Below, one piece after another: positions 37,768-47,719 of a DNA stretch of 64,000 nucleotides; position 1 is the first letter of the stretch, and every line of letters starts with the position of its first letter. The stretch covers positions 64,001 through 128,000 of the IMG/VR virus record IMGVR_UViG_3300032229_000533, one strand, 5' to 3'. Source of the stretch: a virus. The notes under the pieces are model-generated. The model worked only from the letters and a program-made list of their open reading frames with translations, had not been told where the DNA came from and did no database searches. The position numbers were made by a program, and so were the translations under genes.

Positions 37768-38516
37768 TGCTAGAAACTCTATCTGCAACAACAGAAGATG
37801 TTTCATCTAAAAAAAGGGGTAGGAAAACGGTAAATGTAAATTATTTTGATGTTAGAGAAGAGACCGCGGTAAGAAATTTTTTATTAGCAGAAACTTCAGA
37901 AGAGAAGAACAAAATATATAACGAATTCTTAAGAGGTCCTTTAGATAAGATGATATCATCTATTATTAGAAGATATAAACTATATCGTAAAGATATGGAT
38001 TTTAATGAAATTCATTGTGATACTCATTCATTTTTAATGACCAAGGTTGATAAATTCAAACCTTCAAAAGAAAAAAAGGCATACTCTTATTTTGGTACTA
38101 TTTGTAAAAATTACTTAATGGGCCAAATAATAAAAGACCAAAAAGAAACTAACAGAAAAGTTTCTTATGAAGATATGTCAGAAAGTATTGAGCAAAGACC
38201 TGATATGATGTATCGTATTGATGAATATCAAGTTGACACTAGTATTATAATTACAGAATATCTAAGAGAATTAAAGGACTTTATTGAGGGTGAGAATTTA
38301 AATGATAATGAAAAAAAATTAGGTTATGCGTTAATTGATTTATTTGATAACTATGAGTCTATATTCTCTGGTGCTGATAATAATAAGTTTAATAAAAATG
38401 TAATTCTTTTGTCTTTAAGAGAAATGACAAATTTAAGTACAAAAGAAATTCGTAGTTCAATGAAAAGGTTCAAAAAATTATATACTTTTATTCAAAGTAA
38501 AATGAAAACCGATTAA
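37767..38516 (+). CDS. gp55-like late-transcription sigma factor
   Basis: NYF...KFKPSKEKKAYSYFGTICKNYLMGQIIK resembles sigma region 2 / T4 gp55 ([26 protein letters not shown]). Confidence 0.65.
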   Translation: MLETLSATTEDVSSKKRGRKTVNVNYFDVREETAVRNFLLAETSEEKNKIYNEFLRGPLDKMISSIIRRYKLYRKDMDFNEIHCDTHSFLMTKVDKFKPSKEKKAYSYFGTICKNYLMGQIIKDQKETNRKVSYEDMSESIEQRPDMMYRIDEYQVDTSIIITEYLRELKDFIEGENLNDNEKKLGYALIDLFDNYESIFSGADNNKFNKNVILLSLREMTNLSTKEIRSSMKRFKKLYTFIQSKMKTD

Positions 38517-38520
38517 AAAG

Positions 38521-38528
38521 TATTTATA
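38521..38528 (+). promoter_or_regulatory. TATTTATA motif
   Basis: 3 nt upstream of ATG 38532. Confidence 0.6.
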
Positions 38529-38531
38529 GAT

Positions 38532-38900
38532 ATGCCTAGACCACAACGTAAAGAAATTAATTTTAGTAAAGATTCAATCCTATCTTTAATGCAAGAAATA
38601 TATAATGAACTTGTAGAACAAAGACAAACAGCAATTAGGATTCAAAATAAAATGTTATCAATGTTAAAAGACCCTAATGATATGATGACTATTGGACCTG
38701 TGATTGAAAAACAACAAAAAATTGTAAACGATTGCGTTGAGAAAAAAATTAGTTTATCTAAACTACAATCAAGTATTTGGGAAAAATCTAACAGCAATAA
38801 TAATGAATCTTTTTCTCTTGCGGATTTAGATGACGACCTTATTCAAAATTTAATTGATAAGGATATTTCTAATGATGAAGAGACTTATAAAATGAAGTAA
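38532..38900 (+). CDS. hypothetical coiled-coil protein
   Basis: 122 aa, helical. Confidence 0.6.
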   Translation: MPRPQRKEINFSKDSILSLMQEIYNELVEQRQTAIRIQNKMLSMLKDPNDMMTIGPVIEKQQKIVNDCVEKKISLSKLQSSIWEKSNSNNNESFSLADLDDDLIQNLIDKDISNDEETYKMK

Positions 38901-38902
38901 TA

Positions 38903-41005
38903 ATGGCGGATTTAAATCAAAGTTATGATACTGCAAAAAGTCAAATAAGTGCTCTCAAATCTTATAAAGAGATTTCAGCTGGTACTAAAGAACTAAAAAA
39001 ATCTGCAGGTAATTCATTTTCACAATCAGCTGCAAAGCTAAATTCTTCTTTAGATAAAGTTTCAAATCAACAAAAAAGGTATTTAAGAGACCAACCAACA
39101 TCATTTGACCAATTAACTCAATTAATAAGTATTACAAGTGGTAGTGGGTCGAGTTCTACAAGATTGTTAAAACAAAAACTTTTAGAAGTTGTTGTTAAAA
39201 TAGAACCTCAAGTACAAAAACTTATAACCGAAGAGGCGTTAAAAGCTTTAGGTTGTTCACAAGAACAAACATTTAAAGGATATGATAAGTCAAATTTACA
39301 ACTAAATCCTTTAACAACACTTCCAGCTGGTGAAGGAATTTATGTGCCAGTACAATCTTTAGATTTAGCAAATTTACTAAAAAATCCTGTTGATAGTAAA
39401 TTAGGTAAAATTTCATTTGAAAAAAATGACCCGACAGTTAAATCAGGAGTATTTAAACCTTATTCAGGTCCTCTTCCATTCCCAATGAATAAGACATTAA
39501 ATCTTAGAATGGAGAATTCAAATTTATCTAGGTCATACTATCAAGAGTATGGTAAGAATTACCAAGGAACATCAGGTTTAGATTTATTTGATTTTGTTTA
39601 CAGTACAACAAACCAATATGGTGTAAACCAACCTTGTTATAGAGTCGCATTAATTGATAAACCTGCAAACACTTTAACAATATCAGGAATAACTTCAGGT
39701 GAAAAAATCAATAAAGTTGGAGAATTTTTAAATGACTATTATTCAACAATTAGATTGGTTGACAAAGTTGATTTTGTTGCAATACTCTTAAATATAATTT
39801 CTGGAGTACTTAATATTCAATCTAATTTAAGCGCTCAAGAAATAGAAAAAGGAACACAATTTTCTTTAATTATTCAAAGAATATTAGGTCTTTGTTTTGA
39901 CAATAGAAGGGAAATTGATGTTAGTGGTGTTTCAAAAGTTGCCGAATTAGATGGTGTTGATGATTCATTTTTTGAATTAACTGAAGTTGATTTGAGAAAT
40001 ATTGAAATTAGAATATCTAATATTCAAAATGGTGTCATGGAATTTGAAGATTGTGAAAACGTTAAATTACCTGTTGATTACGAGACATTAATTGATGAAT
40101 TAATTAAATTTAGAGATACTGTTGATGACCAAACACCTGAACAACAAGTAAAAAGTATTAGTAACATTTTAGATACATTATATCAAAATCCTGATTGGCA
40201 AGCATTTTTACCAACAAATTTTAATCTTGAAGTTGCGGTTAATAAAGAAATTATTAAACAAATTCCTTTAGCGGTTGCATCCGCAATACTGAGTCCTAAA
40301 GTATTATTTCCAATTTTTACTCTATTACAAGTTGTTGAAGGTCAAGCAAAAAATACATATAATCAAGCGGTAACCTCAGGTAATACATATATACAATCGG
40401 GTAATACAACTCTTGGTGGGGTAAATAATATCATTAATAACGGAGTAGATTTTTTAAAAGTATTTAGAAGTTTTAATATCCAATTAATTTCAAAAATAGG
40501 TTCAATTTTCTTAAAGGCGTTGTACGACATCTTAAAAAGAGATATTTTACTTTTAGTTAGTTCGGTAATTTCAGATATTTCAAAATCACAGAAGTTAAAA
40601 AGATATACAATAATTTTAAGATTGGTTAACATACTTTTAATATTAGCCCAATTACTTGATGATTATAGAAAATGTAAATCACTAATTAACGACATTTTAT
40701 CGTTATTAAGAACAATATTTGGAGAGTCGGATGGAGCAATACCATTTCCACTACTATTACTTACCGAGTTTTTACCAGGAACTTCACCTGAAAGGTCAAC
40801 AATAAATACAATTGAATTATTACAGGGGGTTGGTATACCAACTGGAGTATTACCTGATGGTTCACCTAATTTAATGGGAATATATAATTTAATGACACAT
40901 AAAGGTGCTGATAAAGAAGAGTCTGAAAATGGTAAAGTTGAAGGTACAGTAATTGTTCCTCCATTAACTGGTGGCCTACTTAAAGTGTGGGGTAAAAAAA
41001 GATAA
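38903..41005 (+). CDS. large hypothetical protein (putative tail/baseplate)
   Basis: 700 aa, upstream of the gp5-like gene. Confidence 0.5.
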   Translation: MADLNQSYDTAKSQISALKSYKEISAGTKELKKSAGNSFSQSAAKLNSSLDKVSNQQKRYLRDQPTSFDQLTQLISITSGSGSSSTRLLKQKLLEVVVKIEPQVQKLITEEALKALGCSQEQTFKGYDKSNLQLNPLTTLPAGEGIYVPVQSLDLANLLKNPVDSKLGKISFEKNDPTVKSGVFKPYSGPLPFPMNKTLNLRMENSNLSRSYYQEYGKNYQGTSGLDLFDFVYSTTNQYGVNQPCYRVALIDKPANTLTISGITSGEKINKVGEFLNDYYSTIRLVDKVDFVAILLNIISGVLNIQSNLSAQEIEKGTQFSLIIQRILGLCFDNRREIDVSGVSKVAELDGVDDSFFELTEVDLRNIEIRISNIQNGVMEFEDCENVKLPVDYETLIDELIKFRDTVDDQTPEQQVKSISNILDTLYQNPDWQAFLPTNFNLEVAVNKEIIKQIPLAVASAILSPKVLFPIFTLLQVVEGQAKNTYNQAVTSGNTYIQSGNTTLGGVNNIINNGVDFLKVFRSFNIQLISKIGSIFLKALYDILKRDILLLVSSVISDISKSQKLKRYTIILRLVNILLILAQLLDDYRKCKSLINDILSLLRTIFGESDGAIPFPLLLLTEFLPGTSPERSTINTIELLQGVGIPTGVLPDGSPNLMGIYNLMTHKGADKEESENGKVEGTVIVPPLTGGLLKVWGKKR

Positions 41006-41006
41006 T

Positions 41007-41210
41007 ATGAGTAAAGAAGAATTTGAAAATATAGTAAAAGAATTAGGTGATTTGAAAAATCTACCTAATACTAAGTTAATTGAAATCATGGATAAACTAA
41101 CCACTGATTTTGATTTAACAAAAAATAACATAATTGGTCTAACTGTTTATTTAGATAGTGTAGAAGAATTATATAATAAAACATTAAAAGAATACCAATC
41201 TAGAGCATAA
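41007..41210 (+). CDS. small hypothetical protein
   Basis: Likely start MSKEE at 41007; 67 aa helical. Confidence 0.6.
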   Translation: MSKEEFENIVKELGDLKNLPNTKLIEIMDKLTTDFDLTKNNIIGLTVYLDSVEELYNKTLKEYQSRA

Positions 41211-43036
41211 TGAATAATAATACATTACTTTATCAGGGAGTTGTACTTGATAATGAAGACCCGATGATGTTAGGTAGGGTTAGAGCCAGATTTCAAAATC
41301 CGCCATCTGACATGGGTAGTTATGATGATATTATAAAATCAATTAAAAACCCACCTTGGAATGAAGAAAAAGATAAGTGGACCCCAAGAGACCCTTTTGT
41401 TTTTACCCCGCTTATACCATACTTTATTTATCAAGTACCAAAAAACGAGGAATTAATTCAATTAATGTATCTTAACAAAGATTACAAATTCCAAAACCAA
41501 TATTACATACAAAGTAATTTTTCAACACCTACTGCAACAAAATTTGAATACAATCAAGGTAGTAATAAATTTACGGGTATGGGTACCCAGTTTGTCGCGC
41601 CAAAACCATTAAAAAATCAAGATGGTACTTACACTAATTCTGCAATTCATAAAGGTGTATTTCCAGAACCTGGTGATAATGGAGTATTAGGTCGTGGTAG
41701 TGCAGATGTTATTGTAAAAGAAAATGAAGTATTAATTAGGGCAGGTAAATTTAGAGGTACTTCCCTTGAGCCAAACGTTATTCCATCAGGAAATCCTAAA
41801 AGAGGATTTTTACAATTATCAAAATTTAATCTAACAAAAGTTAAACAACCTGATAAAATTGTTACACAACTTAACGAAGAAATTGTTTCAGTAAAACATC
41901 TAATTGAATGGGTTATTACAAATCCTGAAAATACTCAAGAAAAATTTACAGGTACTGTTTATCTTTATAGGTTAAAAAATGATTTATCTACTAACTCAAA
42001 AAATTTAACTGTTGGTAGTGCGGTCAAAGAAAATTTAAAATCATTAGTTGCTTCTGAAACTTTTAGTTTATTATCTAAATTAGAAGTTGTTGCATTTATA
42101 AATAATTTTATACAAACTTGTAATACCTCAAACACAACAAAATCAGGGATTCAATTATTTACCGACACAAATAATAAATTTCCAATTTTTTATAGACCAA
42201 ACAATTTAACATATAATATTTTAAAATCATCGGTACCGCCAGCTCCAATATACAATCAAAATTATTATTCTATTGGGTACAAAACTTTGGCTCCTATTCC
42301 TAGTGTTAATTGTAATGTTACAATACAAGTTATTGATGTTGTAAGTGCTAATGTTGTTGCAACTGGTACCGCAGACGGAAATGAAAATTTATTAGATGAA
42401 CTTTATCAAAGTGTTGTTAGTCAAGTAACAAATAGTTTAATTTCACAAAAAATAGAGAATGTATTGTTACCAACTGTTGATGAGTTAGACGGTACAACAA
42501 TAACTGCACCAACAACAATTAATACCGCAGAATCTACCGCATCATTTAGAAATGTTACGGAGATTTACAATCAAATAAAATTAAAACCAGCATTAAGAAT
42601 TCCTGGATACGGTTTAATTTATGCTCAAGATAAAGTTGGGGTTCCAACAAACTTACAATCAACAACTGTTCCACAATCAAAATCTTTTGCCGACCCAACA
42701 ACATATGGAGCATTGGCTAGTGATTACCTATACTTATTATCACATAACTCATCAATACCTGGTAAAGGTAAAATTAACTTTGATAACACTTTATATGGTA
42801 TTAATCTTGACCAATTTGTAGATGAAATACTTCCAAAAACATCAAGTTTAGTTAGAGGTGAAGAACTTTTAGAGTTAATTAATATGATTGTTAGATTTCT
42901 TACGACACACACCCATGCATACCCTGGACTACCTCCAGTGCCTGTTACACAAGATGGGTCAAACATTGCGGATATGTTAACGGAAATGCAAAATGCATAC
43001 ACAAAAATTCTTAATAGCAATATCCGACTTAATTGA
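41210..43036 (+). CDS. baseplate hub/central spike protein (T4 gp5/VgrG-like)
   Basis: N-terminal OB-fold YQGVVLDNEDPMMLGRVRAR; C-terminal THTHAYP HxH spike-tip motif. Confidence 0.7.
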   Translation: MNNNTLLYQGVVLDNEDPMMLGRVRARFQNPPSDMGSYDDIIKSIKNPPWNEEKDKWTPRDPFVFTPLIPYFIYQVPKNEELIQLMYLNKDYKFQNQYYIQSNFSTPTATKFEYNQGSNKFTGMGTQFVAPKPLKNQDGTYTNSAIHKGVFPEPGDNGVLGRGSADVIVKENEVLIRAGKFRGTSLEPNVIPSGNPKRGFLQLSKFNLTKVKQPDKIVTQLNEEIVSVKHLIEWVITNPENTQEKFTGTVYLYRLKNDLSTNSKNLTVGSAVKENLKSLVASETFSLLSKLEVVAFINNFIQTCNTSNTTKSGIQLFTDTNNKFPIFYRPNNLTYNILKSSVPPAPIYNQNYYSIGYKTLAPIPSVNCNVTIQVIDVVSANVVATGTADGNENLLDELYQSVVSQVTNSLISQKIENVLLPTVDELDGTTITAPTTINTAESTASFRNVTEIYNQIKLKPALRIPGYGLIYAQDKVGVPTNLQSTTVPQSKSFADPTTYGALASDYLYLLSHNSSIPGKGKINFDNTLYGINLDQFVDEILPKTSSLVRGEELLELINMIVRFLTTHTHAYPGLPPVPVTQDGSNIADMLTEMQNAYTKILNSNIRLN

Positions 43037-43044
43037 TATTTATA
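43037..43044 (+). promoter_or_regulatory. TATTTATA motif
   Basis: 11 nt upstream of ATG 43056. Confidence 0.6.
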
Positions 43045-43055
43045 AATAAAAAATA

Positions 43056-44576
43056 ATGTCAATTTTAAGGTCATACGTAGATAAGAACAACACAATACAA
43101 TCAAATTCATATGTTAATACGGGTAGAAATCCTATTATTGAATTGAATTTTGGTGCGTCTGATTTTATCGTTCCAAATTATGGTTATAGTAGATTACTGT
43201 TTAACTTAGATTTAAGTCTATTAAGAGAAAATATTGCATCAGGTGTAATATCAACAGGATGTACAACAGGAATGACTCACGTTCTTAGTATGACAAATAC
43301 GTCATCATTTGATAATGAGTTGTTAAACACTTTCATGTCAAATGAAAGAAGAAGAGCAACTTCATTTGATTTAATTTTATTTAGAATACCAAAGACATCA
43401 GGCAGTACAGGAAACCCTCAACCTTGGGATGAAGGTGTTGGATTTGATTATAGTGATTCTAATGTTAACCAAAATAGCCCATACGGTGGTTCTACTCCAA
43501 TAACTTATGTTGATAGTAGAGCATTCTCAACAAGACCGTCAAATTGGTACCAAACAACTACGATTAGTGGTTGGTCTCAATCAGGTGTTTATAACAACAA
43601 AAATGAAGGTTCCGTAAATTTCTCAGGTCTAACTATTGTTGCAAGACAACATTTTGAACTTGGTAATGAGAATATTAATATGGATATGACCAATGAGATA
43701 AATGGTATATTAAACGGTACTATCACAGGTGTTACAGGTTGGGGAATTGCATACTTACCACAAATTGAAAACATTACAGGTTTAACTGACAGTTATAGTG
43801 TGGCGTTCTTTTCAAGACACACTCAAACATTTTATCAACCATTCCTTCAAACAACTTATGATGATTTAATTAAGGACAATAGAAACTTATTCTTGAAGAG
43901 CCAAGAAAATAAACTTTATTTGTATGTTTATCAAAATGGTGATTATAAGAATTTAGATTCAAACCCCGTTGTTAGAATTGAGGACCGAAATGGTGACGCA
44001 GTTACTGGTATGGCAACATTATCTACTTGTTTAAGAACAAGAGGAATATATGAAGTTATAGTACCTAATGGATTTTCAGGTTCTCCAACACCATGTCAAT
44101 ATTATGATATTTGGTCAGGTTTAACAATTAATGGACAAGCTTTACCAAATGTTACCAATCAATTTACATTACAACAATATAGTTCAGGTATTCAAATAGG
44201 TTCAACTTCAAAAGAACCTGAGATATATGGATTTGATTTTTACGGTATATTACAAGATGAAAAAATACTAAATTCAGATATCAGAAAAGTTGGGGTTACA
44301 ATTAAAAAAGCTTACACTGGTCAAGTTTTATTACAAGATATTTCCGCTTTCTATAGAGTTTACGTTAGAGAAGGAACAACTGAAGTATTAGTTCAAGATT
44401 GGACTCCAATCAATAGAACACCAAACGAGTATTACTTTATGTTTGATACGAGAGATAAAATACCTAATCAATATTATGTTGATATTCAAGTGAATACTTC
44501 AGGAGAGAAAGATACTTATAAGAAACAATTAACCTTTAACATAGTAAATAAAAAACAAAATTATCCTACAATATAA
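43056..44576 (+). CDS. putative virion structural protein
   Basis: 506 aa beta-rich; seven [ST]GxT motifs; late-type motif upstream. Confidence 0.5.
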   Translation: MSILRSYVDKNNTIQSNSYVNTGRNPIIELNFGASDFIVPNYGYSRLLFNLDLSLLRENIASGVISTGCTTGMTHVLSMTNTSSFDNELLNTFMSNERRRATSFDLILFRIPKTSGSTGNPQPWDEGVGFDYSDSNVNQNSPYGGSTPITYVDSRAFSTRPSNWYQTTTISGWSQSGVYNNKNEGSVNFSGLTIVARQHFELGNENINMDMTNEINGILNGTITGVTGWGIAYLPQIENITGLTDSYSVAFFSRHTQTFYQPFLQTTYDDLIKDNRNLFLKSQENKLYLYVYQNGDYKNLDSNPVVRIEDRNGDAVTGMATLSTCLRTRGIYEVIVPNGFSGSPTPCQYYDIWSGLTINGQALPNVTNQFTLQQYSSGIQIGSTSKEPEIYGFDFYGILQDEKILNSDIRKVGVTIKKAYTGQVLLQDISAFYRVYVREGTTEVLVQDWTPINRTPNEYYFMFDTRDKIPNQYYVDIQVNTSGEKDTYKKQLTFNIVNKKQNYPTI

Positions 44577-45043
44577 TGAAAACAGTTAAATTAACAGAAT
44601 CAGATATCACAAGATTAGTTAAAAGAGTATTATCTGAGCAAGAAGTTGAACAATCAAATTACATGTTCTTTTCTAATTTAAAACAAATGAAAAGACAAAT
44701 TGAAATGATGTTAGACATGGACCCTAACATGATTGACGATATTATTCAAAATGGTCATGATTGGGCTGATGACCACATCTCAGAAGCAAAAACAAATATG
44801 GACCAAGTATTTGATTTCTTAAAAAATGAAATGGATAAGGAATCAGAATATGTGGATTATGAAGAAATGACTGAAGGTAGAAAAAAAACAGGTACAAAAC
44901 TTTGTGCTAGAGGTAAGGCAGCGGCAAAAGCTAAATTTGACGTGTATCCCTCAGCTTATGCAAATGGGTTCGCCGTTCAAGTATGTAAAGGTAGGATGCC
45001 AGGTTTAGACGGTAAAAAACATTGCTCAGGAGCGTACTGTTAA
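44576..45043 (+). CDS. hypothetical protein with C-terminal Cys/Lys-rich module
   Basis: KLTESDITRLVKRVLSEQ N-terminus; CARGKAAAKAKFDVYPSAYANGFAVQVC C-terminus. Confidence 0.6.
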   Translation: MKTVKLTESDITRLVKRVLSEQEVEQSNYMFFSNLKQMKRQIEMMLDMDPNMIDDIIQNGHDWADDHISEAKTNMDQVFDFLKNEMDKESEYVDYEEMTEGRKKTGTKLCARGKAAAKAKFDVYPSAYANGFAVQVCKGRMPGLDGKKHCSGAYC

Positions 45044-45081
45044 TTTTTTTAAATACGTTTTTCTTATTCAAATTTTTTGAT

Positions 45082-45089
45082 TATCTTTG
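45082..45089 (+). promoter_or_regulatory. Bacteroidota -7 element TATCTTTG
   Basis: TAnnTTTG 24 nt before ATG 45114; the -33 box is imperfect. Confidence 0.5.
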
Positions 45090-45113
45090 TTGTGTTATAT
45101 TAATCCAACAAAA

Positions 45114-45515
45114 ATGAATTCACATCTACACAAACTAAGACGACTAATCCAAAAATGGTATATCTCATTAGTAAGAATGACAACTCCTCATATTGAGAAA
45201 TCTGAATACGAAAGAGACTGTATTGCAATTTGTAAAAAACTAATTTCAAAAGAAGACACGGTACTTTTACTCACCCCAATTTCCCACAAACGTTATATTA
45301 GAAATGAAGAATTACAAATCTTTGTGATTCTTGAAGGTCATACTGTTAAAGTTATTAACCACGTATATTCTTACACTGTATTTTTAGAACAAAAAGAGTG
45401 GGATAACGTTATTCATTACTTTGATAATGAAGTAGAAAAACGTAGAGAAGAATTTGAAAAAGAAATCACTTCAAATATTAAGCATTCACTACAAAACATT
45501 TTACAGAATATCTAA
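45114..45515 (+). CDS. hypothetical protein
   Basis: Likely start MNSHL at 45114. Confidence 0.6.
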   Translation: MNSHLHKLRRLIQKWYISLVRMTTPHIEKSEYERDCIAICKKLISKEDTVLLLTPISHKRYIRNEELQIFVILEGHTVKVINHVYSYTVFLEQKEWDNVIHYFDNEVEKRREEFEKEITSNIKHSLQNILQNI

Positions 45516-45850
45516 TGAAGAAAAATAATTCATTTAAGACGACATTCTACTTGGGGTTAACTATATTACTAATTATTGGGTCAGTAGTATCCTTAATTGT
45601 AGTTAACGTATTTAATGTTTTAACCACTAAATTTGCTAAGGATAAAGATAAAGTTGAAATTTATATTGATAATGTTACACCTGAAAAAGAAATTATTCAC
45701 GATACAGTATATATTGACAAACCTACTGTTAAAATTAATAACACTCTTAAGGATGTTACCACTGTAACTCCAAAAAGTTTACCTGTAACACAAAGTGAAA
45801 AGGATACCGATAATGTAACTAAATCAATAATTACGGATACGATTAAATAG
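45515..45850 (+). CDS. membrane-anchored hypothetical protein
   Basis: N-terminal hydrophobic helix FYLGLTILLIIGSVVSLIVVNVF; IIHDTVYIDK motif. Confidence 0.6.
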   Translation: MKKNNSFKTTFYLGLTILLIIGSVVSLIVVNVFNVLTTKFAKDKDKVEIYIDNVTPEKEIIHDTVYIDKPTVKINNTLKDVTTVTPKSLPVTQSEKDTDNVTKSIITDTIK

Positions 45851-46535
45851 AATTTTTGTATTCGTTAAGTATTGTTGTAATTGTATCTCTTAACGATTCA
45901 TTTTTAGGTTTGTATGATACCATAGTTGGCTTGTTACCTTTACCAACTTTAGGGTCTTTTTTCTCTTCTCTTCTTTTTTGAGAACATGCTGATTTTTTTT
46001 GAGCATCTGTCATTTTGGATGCAACACCTGCGGCTCTACATTTAGGATAACCTTTAGAATCTGCTTCAGGTCTACCACACGGTGGATGACCACCACCTTC
46101 TTTTTTTCTACATATATTAACCCAAGGACCTTTTGGTTGTTTTGAACCTTTTGGTTTTTTCTTTGTTCCAAACCAAACTGCCAAATCTTCTTTTAATGGA
46201 CCTACAGCTTGTTGTATAATTTTTTCGGGGTCTTCAACATCACCAAGAACACTACCTTCATCATCATTTTGCCCTGTATAAAAACTTTTCAAATAAGCAT
46301 CTACCTGAGATATTCTATCAGTTCTTCTTTCAATACGGGCTCTTTCTTCAGGAGTTTCTTTAAAATCACCGTCAGCTTCTTCATAGGCTAACTCAGCGTT
46401 ATCATAATTATAAACATCAATAGTGAAAGGGGCAACTTGTTTGTCAGTCCAAGGTTGTGGTGAAAGCACAATTGGAACTTTGAAATGTCCTGCATTTCCT
46501 GAACCAGTTGCTTCACTTATTCTATTTTTTTTCAT
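45843..46535 (-). CDS. hypothetical protein with basic Cys-containing module
   Basis: PWVNICRKK...PCGR...YPKCR...CSQKR; TATTTATA (46546-46553) 10 nt upstream. Confidence 0.6.
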   Translation of the reverse strand: MKKNRISEATGSGNAGHFKVPIVLSPQPWTDKQVAPFTIDVYNYDNAELAYEEADGDFKETPEERARIERRTDRISQVDAYLKSFYTGQNDDEGSVLGDVEDPEKIIQQAVGPLKEDLAVWFGTKKKPKGSKQPKGPWVNICRKKEGGGHPPCGRPEADSKGYPKCRAAGVASKMTDAQKKSACSQKRREEKKDPKVGKGNKPTMVSYKPKNESLRDTITTILNEYKNSI

Positions 46536-46568
46536 ATACTTATACTATAAATATACGGATAATACATT

Positions 46569-46775
46569 ATGGAACAACAAAAACAACCAATATTATTTCT
46601 ATTTGAAGATGTTGCAATATACAAACCTGAAGACATTGATAATTTGATAGATTCCCTAACTGAAGAACAAGCAAAATTTATGTTGATAAGGGCGGTTCAA
46701 ATGGCTTATAAGAATGGATTATATTCTTTAACTGAATCAGAACTTGTTTCAAAATCGCTTAGAATTTTAAAATAA
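46569..46775 (+). CDS. hypothetical protein
   Basis: 68 aa, ends at a bidirectional terminator. Confidence 0.55.
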   Translation: MEQQKQPILFLFEDVAIYKPEDIDNLIDSLTEEQAKFMLIRAVQMAYKNGLYSLTESELVSKSLRILK

Positions 46776-46804
46776 AAAAAGGAGTCTCACGGGACTCCTT
46801 TTTA
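46775..46804. terminator. bidirectional intrinsic terminator
   Basis: AAAAAAGGAGTC-tcacgg-GACTCCTTTTT between convergent genes. Confidence 0.85.
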
Positions 46805-46805
46805 T

Positions 46806-47528
46806 TTATAACTTATTTCCGCAAGACGGACAAAATTTATATTTTGATTTTGTCTTGGTACCACACTCAGTACAATAATGTTTAATGTCATCTGTAGTTT
46901 TATTTTTAATACCTAATGGTAATATCTTGAAAATAATTTGACGAGATGCATTATATTCAAAATTTTGATACGAATTAATAAATTGTTGTTTTGATTTACC
47001 ACCTTTTTCAACCCTACCTGTTTCAATAGTATTACTAACGGATGAAGTGTTAGAATAATATGACATTGGAGCAGAATTTGATGTTGTAAATGTCATATCA
47101 CCATAGTACGGTGAACCTGTATGGATTGTGGTATTTACGTTACCTCCTAATGTTAAACCATAATTTGGTTGATAAGTTTGTTCGTTATAGAACTCAATTC
47201 TAACATCCCCGTTTAAATCAATTGCCGTCCTGTTTGCCGACGTATCTTTTACTTCGTAGGTACTGAACTCAAACTTGTTGTTAGTGTCAAGGAAACGTTC
47301 TAAAAACACTCTCTGACCTGGTTTAATAACAACACCACCTGTTGAGATGTATTCACCATTCAATTTAATTTTACAGAGAACAGATTTTTGTGTTGGGTTA
47401 TGAATTTCAAATTCAAAATTATCCTTATCTCCAAGGAAAACGGTGTTACCGTTGTAGACTTTAAGACGCGACTTTTTCTTTGTGATGTGAGCAGTCGGTT
47501 TACCCACGTTTGTTGTTGTGTAATACAT
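46806..47528 (-). CDS. hypothetical protein with C-terminal zinc ribbon
   Basis: Ig-like N-domain; CTECGTK...FCPSCG. Confidence 0.7.
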   Translation of the reverse strand: MYYTTTNVGKPTAHITKKKSRLKVYNGNTVFLGDKDNFEFEIHNPTQKSVLCKIKLNGEYISTGGVVIKPGQRVFLERFLDTNNKFEFSTYEVKDTSANRTAIDLNGDVRIEFYNEQTYQPNYGLTLGGNVNTTIHTGSPYYGDMTFTTSNSAPMSYYSNTSSVSNTIETGRVEKGGKSKQQFINSYQNFEYNASRQIIFKILPLGIKNKTTDDIKHYCTECGTKTKSKYKFCPSCGNKL

Positions 47529-47550
47529 TTTCTTTAATTTTATAATAGTT

Positions 47551-47620
47551 AATGACTATGTTACCAATACCTTCGTGTCCGTGAATACTCAACAGCTTGT
47601 TAGGGCTGGGGACTGATAAA
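47551..47620 (-). ncRNA. candidate structured 5' leader RNA
   Basis: About 53% GC over 47571-47613 in an AT-rich genome; possible stems GUCC/GGAC, CAGC/GCUG and UGA/UCA; lies between a TATTTATT motif (47633-47640) and ATG 47528. Confidence 0.35.
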
Positions 47621-47665
47621 CTAAAATCTAAAAATAAATATAATCAATTTGAGATTTTGGTAAAC

Positions 47666-47698
47666 AAAAAAAGGGAGACAATTTCTTGTCTCCCTTTT
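47666..47698 (-). terminator. intrinsic terminator after major capsid gene
   Basis: AAAAGGGAGACAA-ttt-CTTGTCTCCCTTTT hairpin with U-tract. Confidence 0.9.
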
Positions 47699-47719
47699 GG
47701 TATCTAAATAAGATATTGA

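Noticed and set aside
47600-47620. Hammerhead-like CUGAUAA on the plus strand
   Set aside because: It does not match the CUGANGA core, and no properly placed GAAA/stem arrangement was found.
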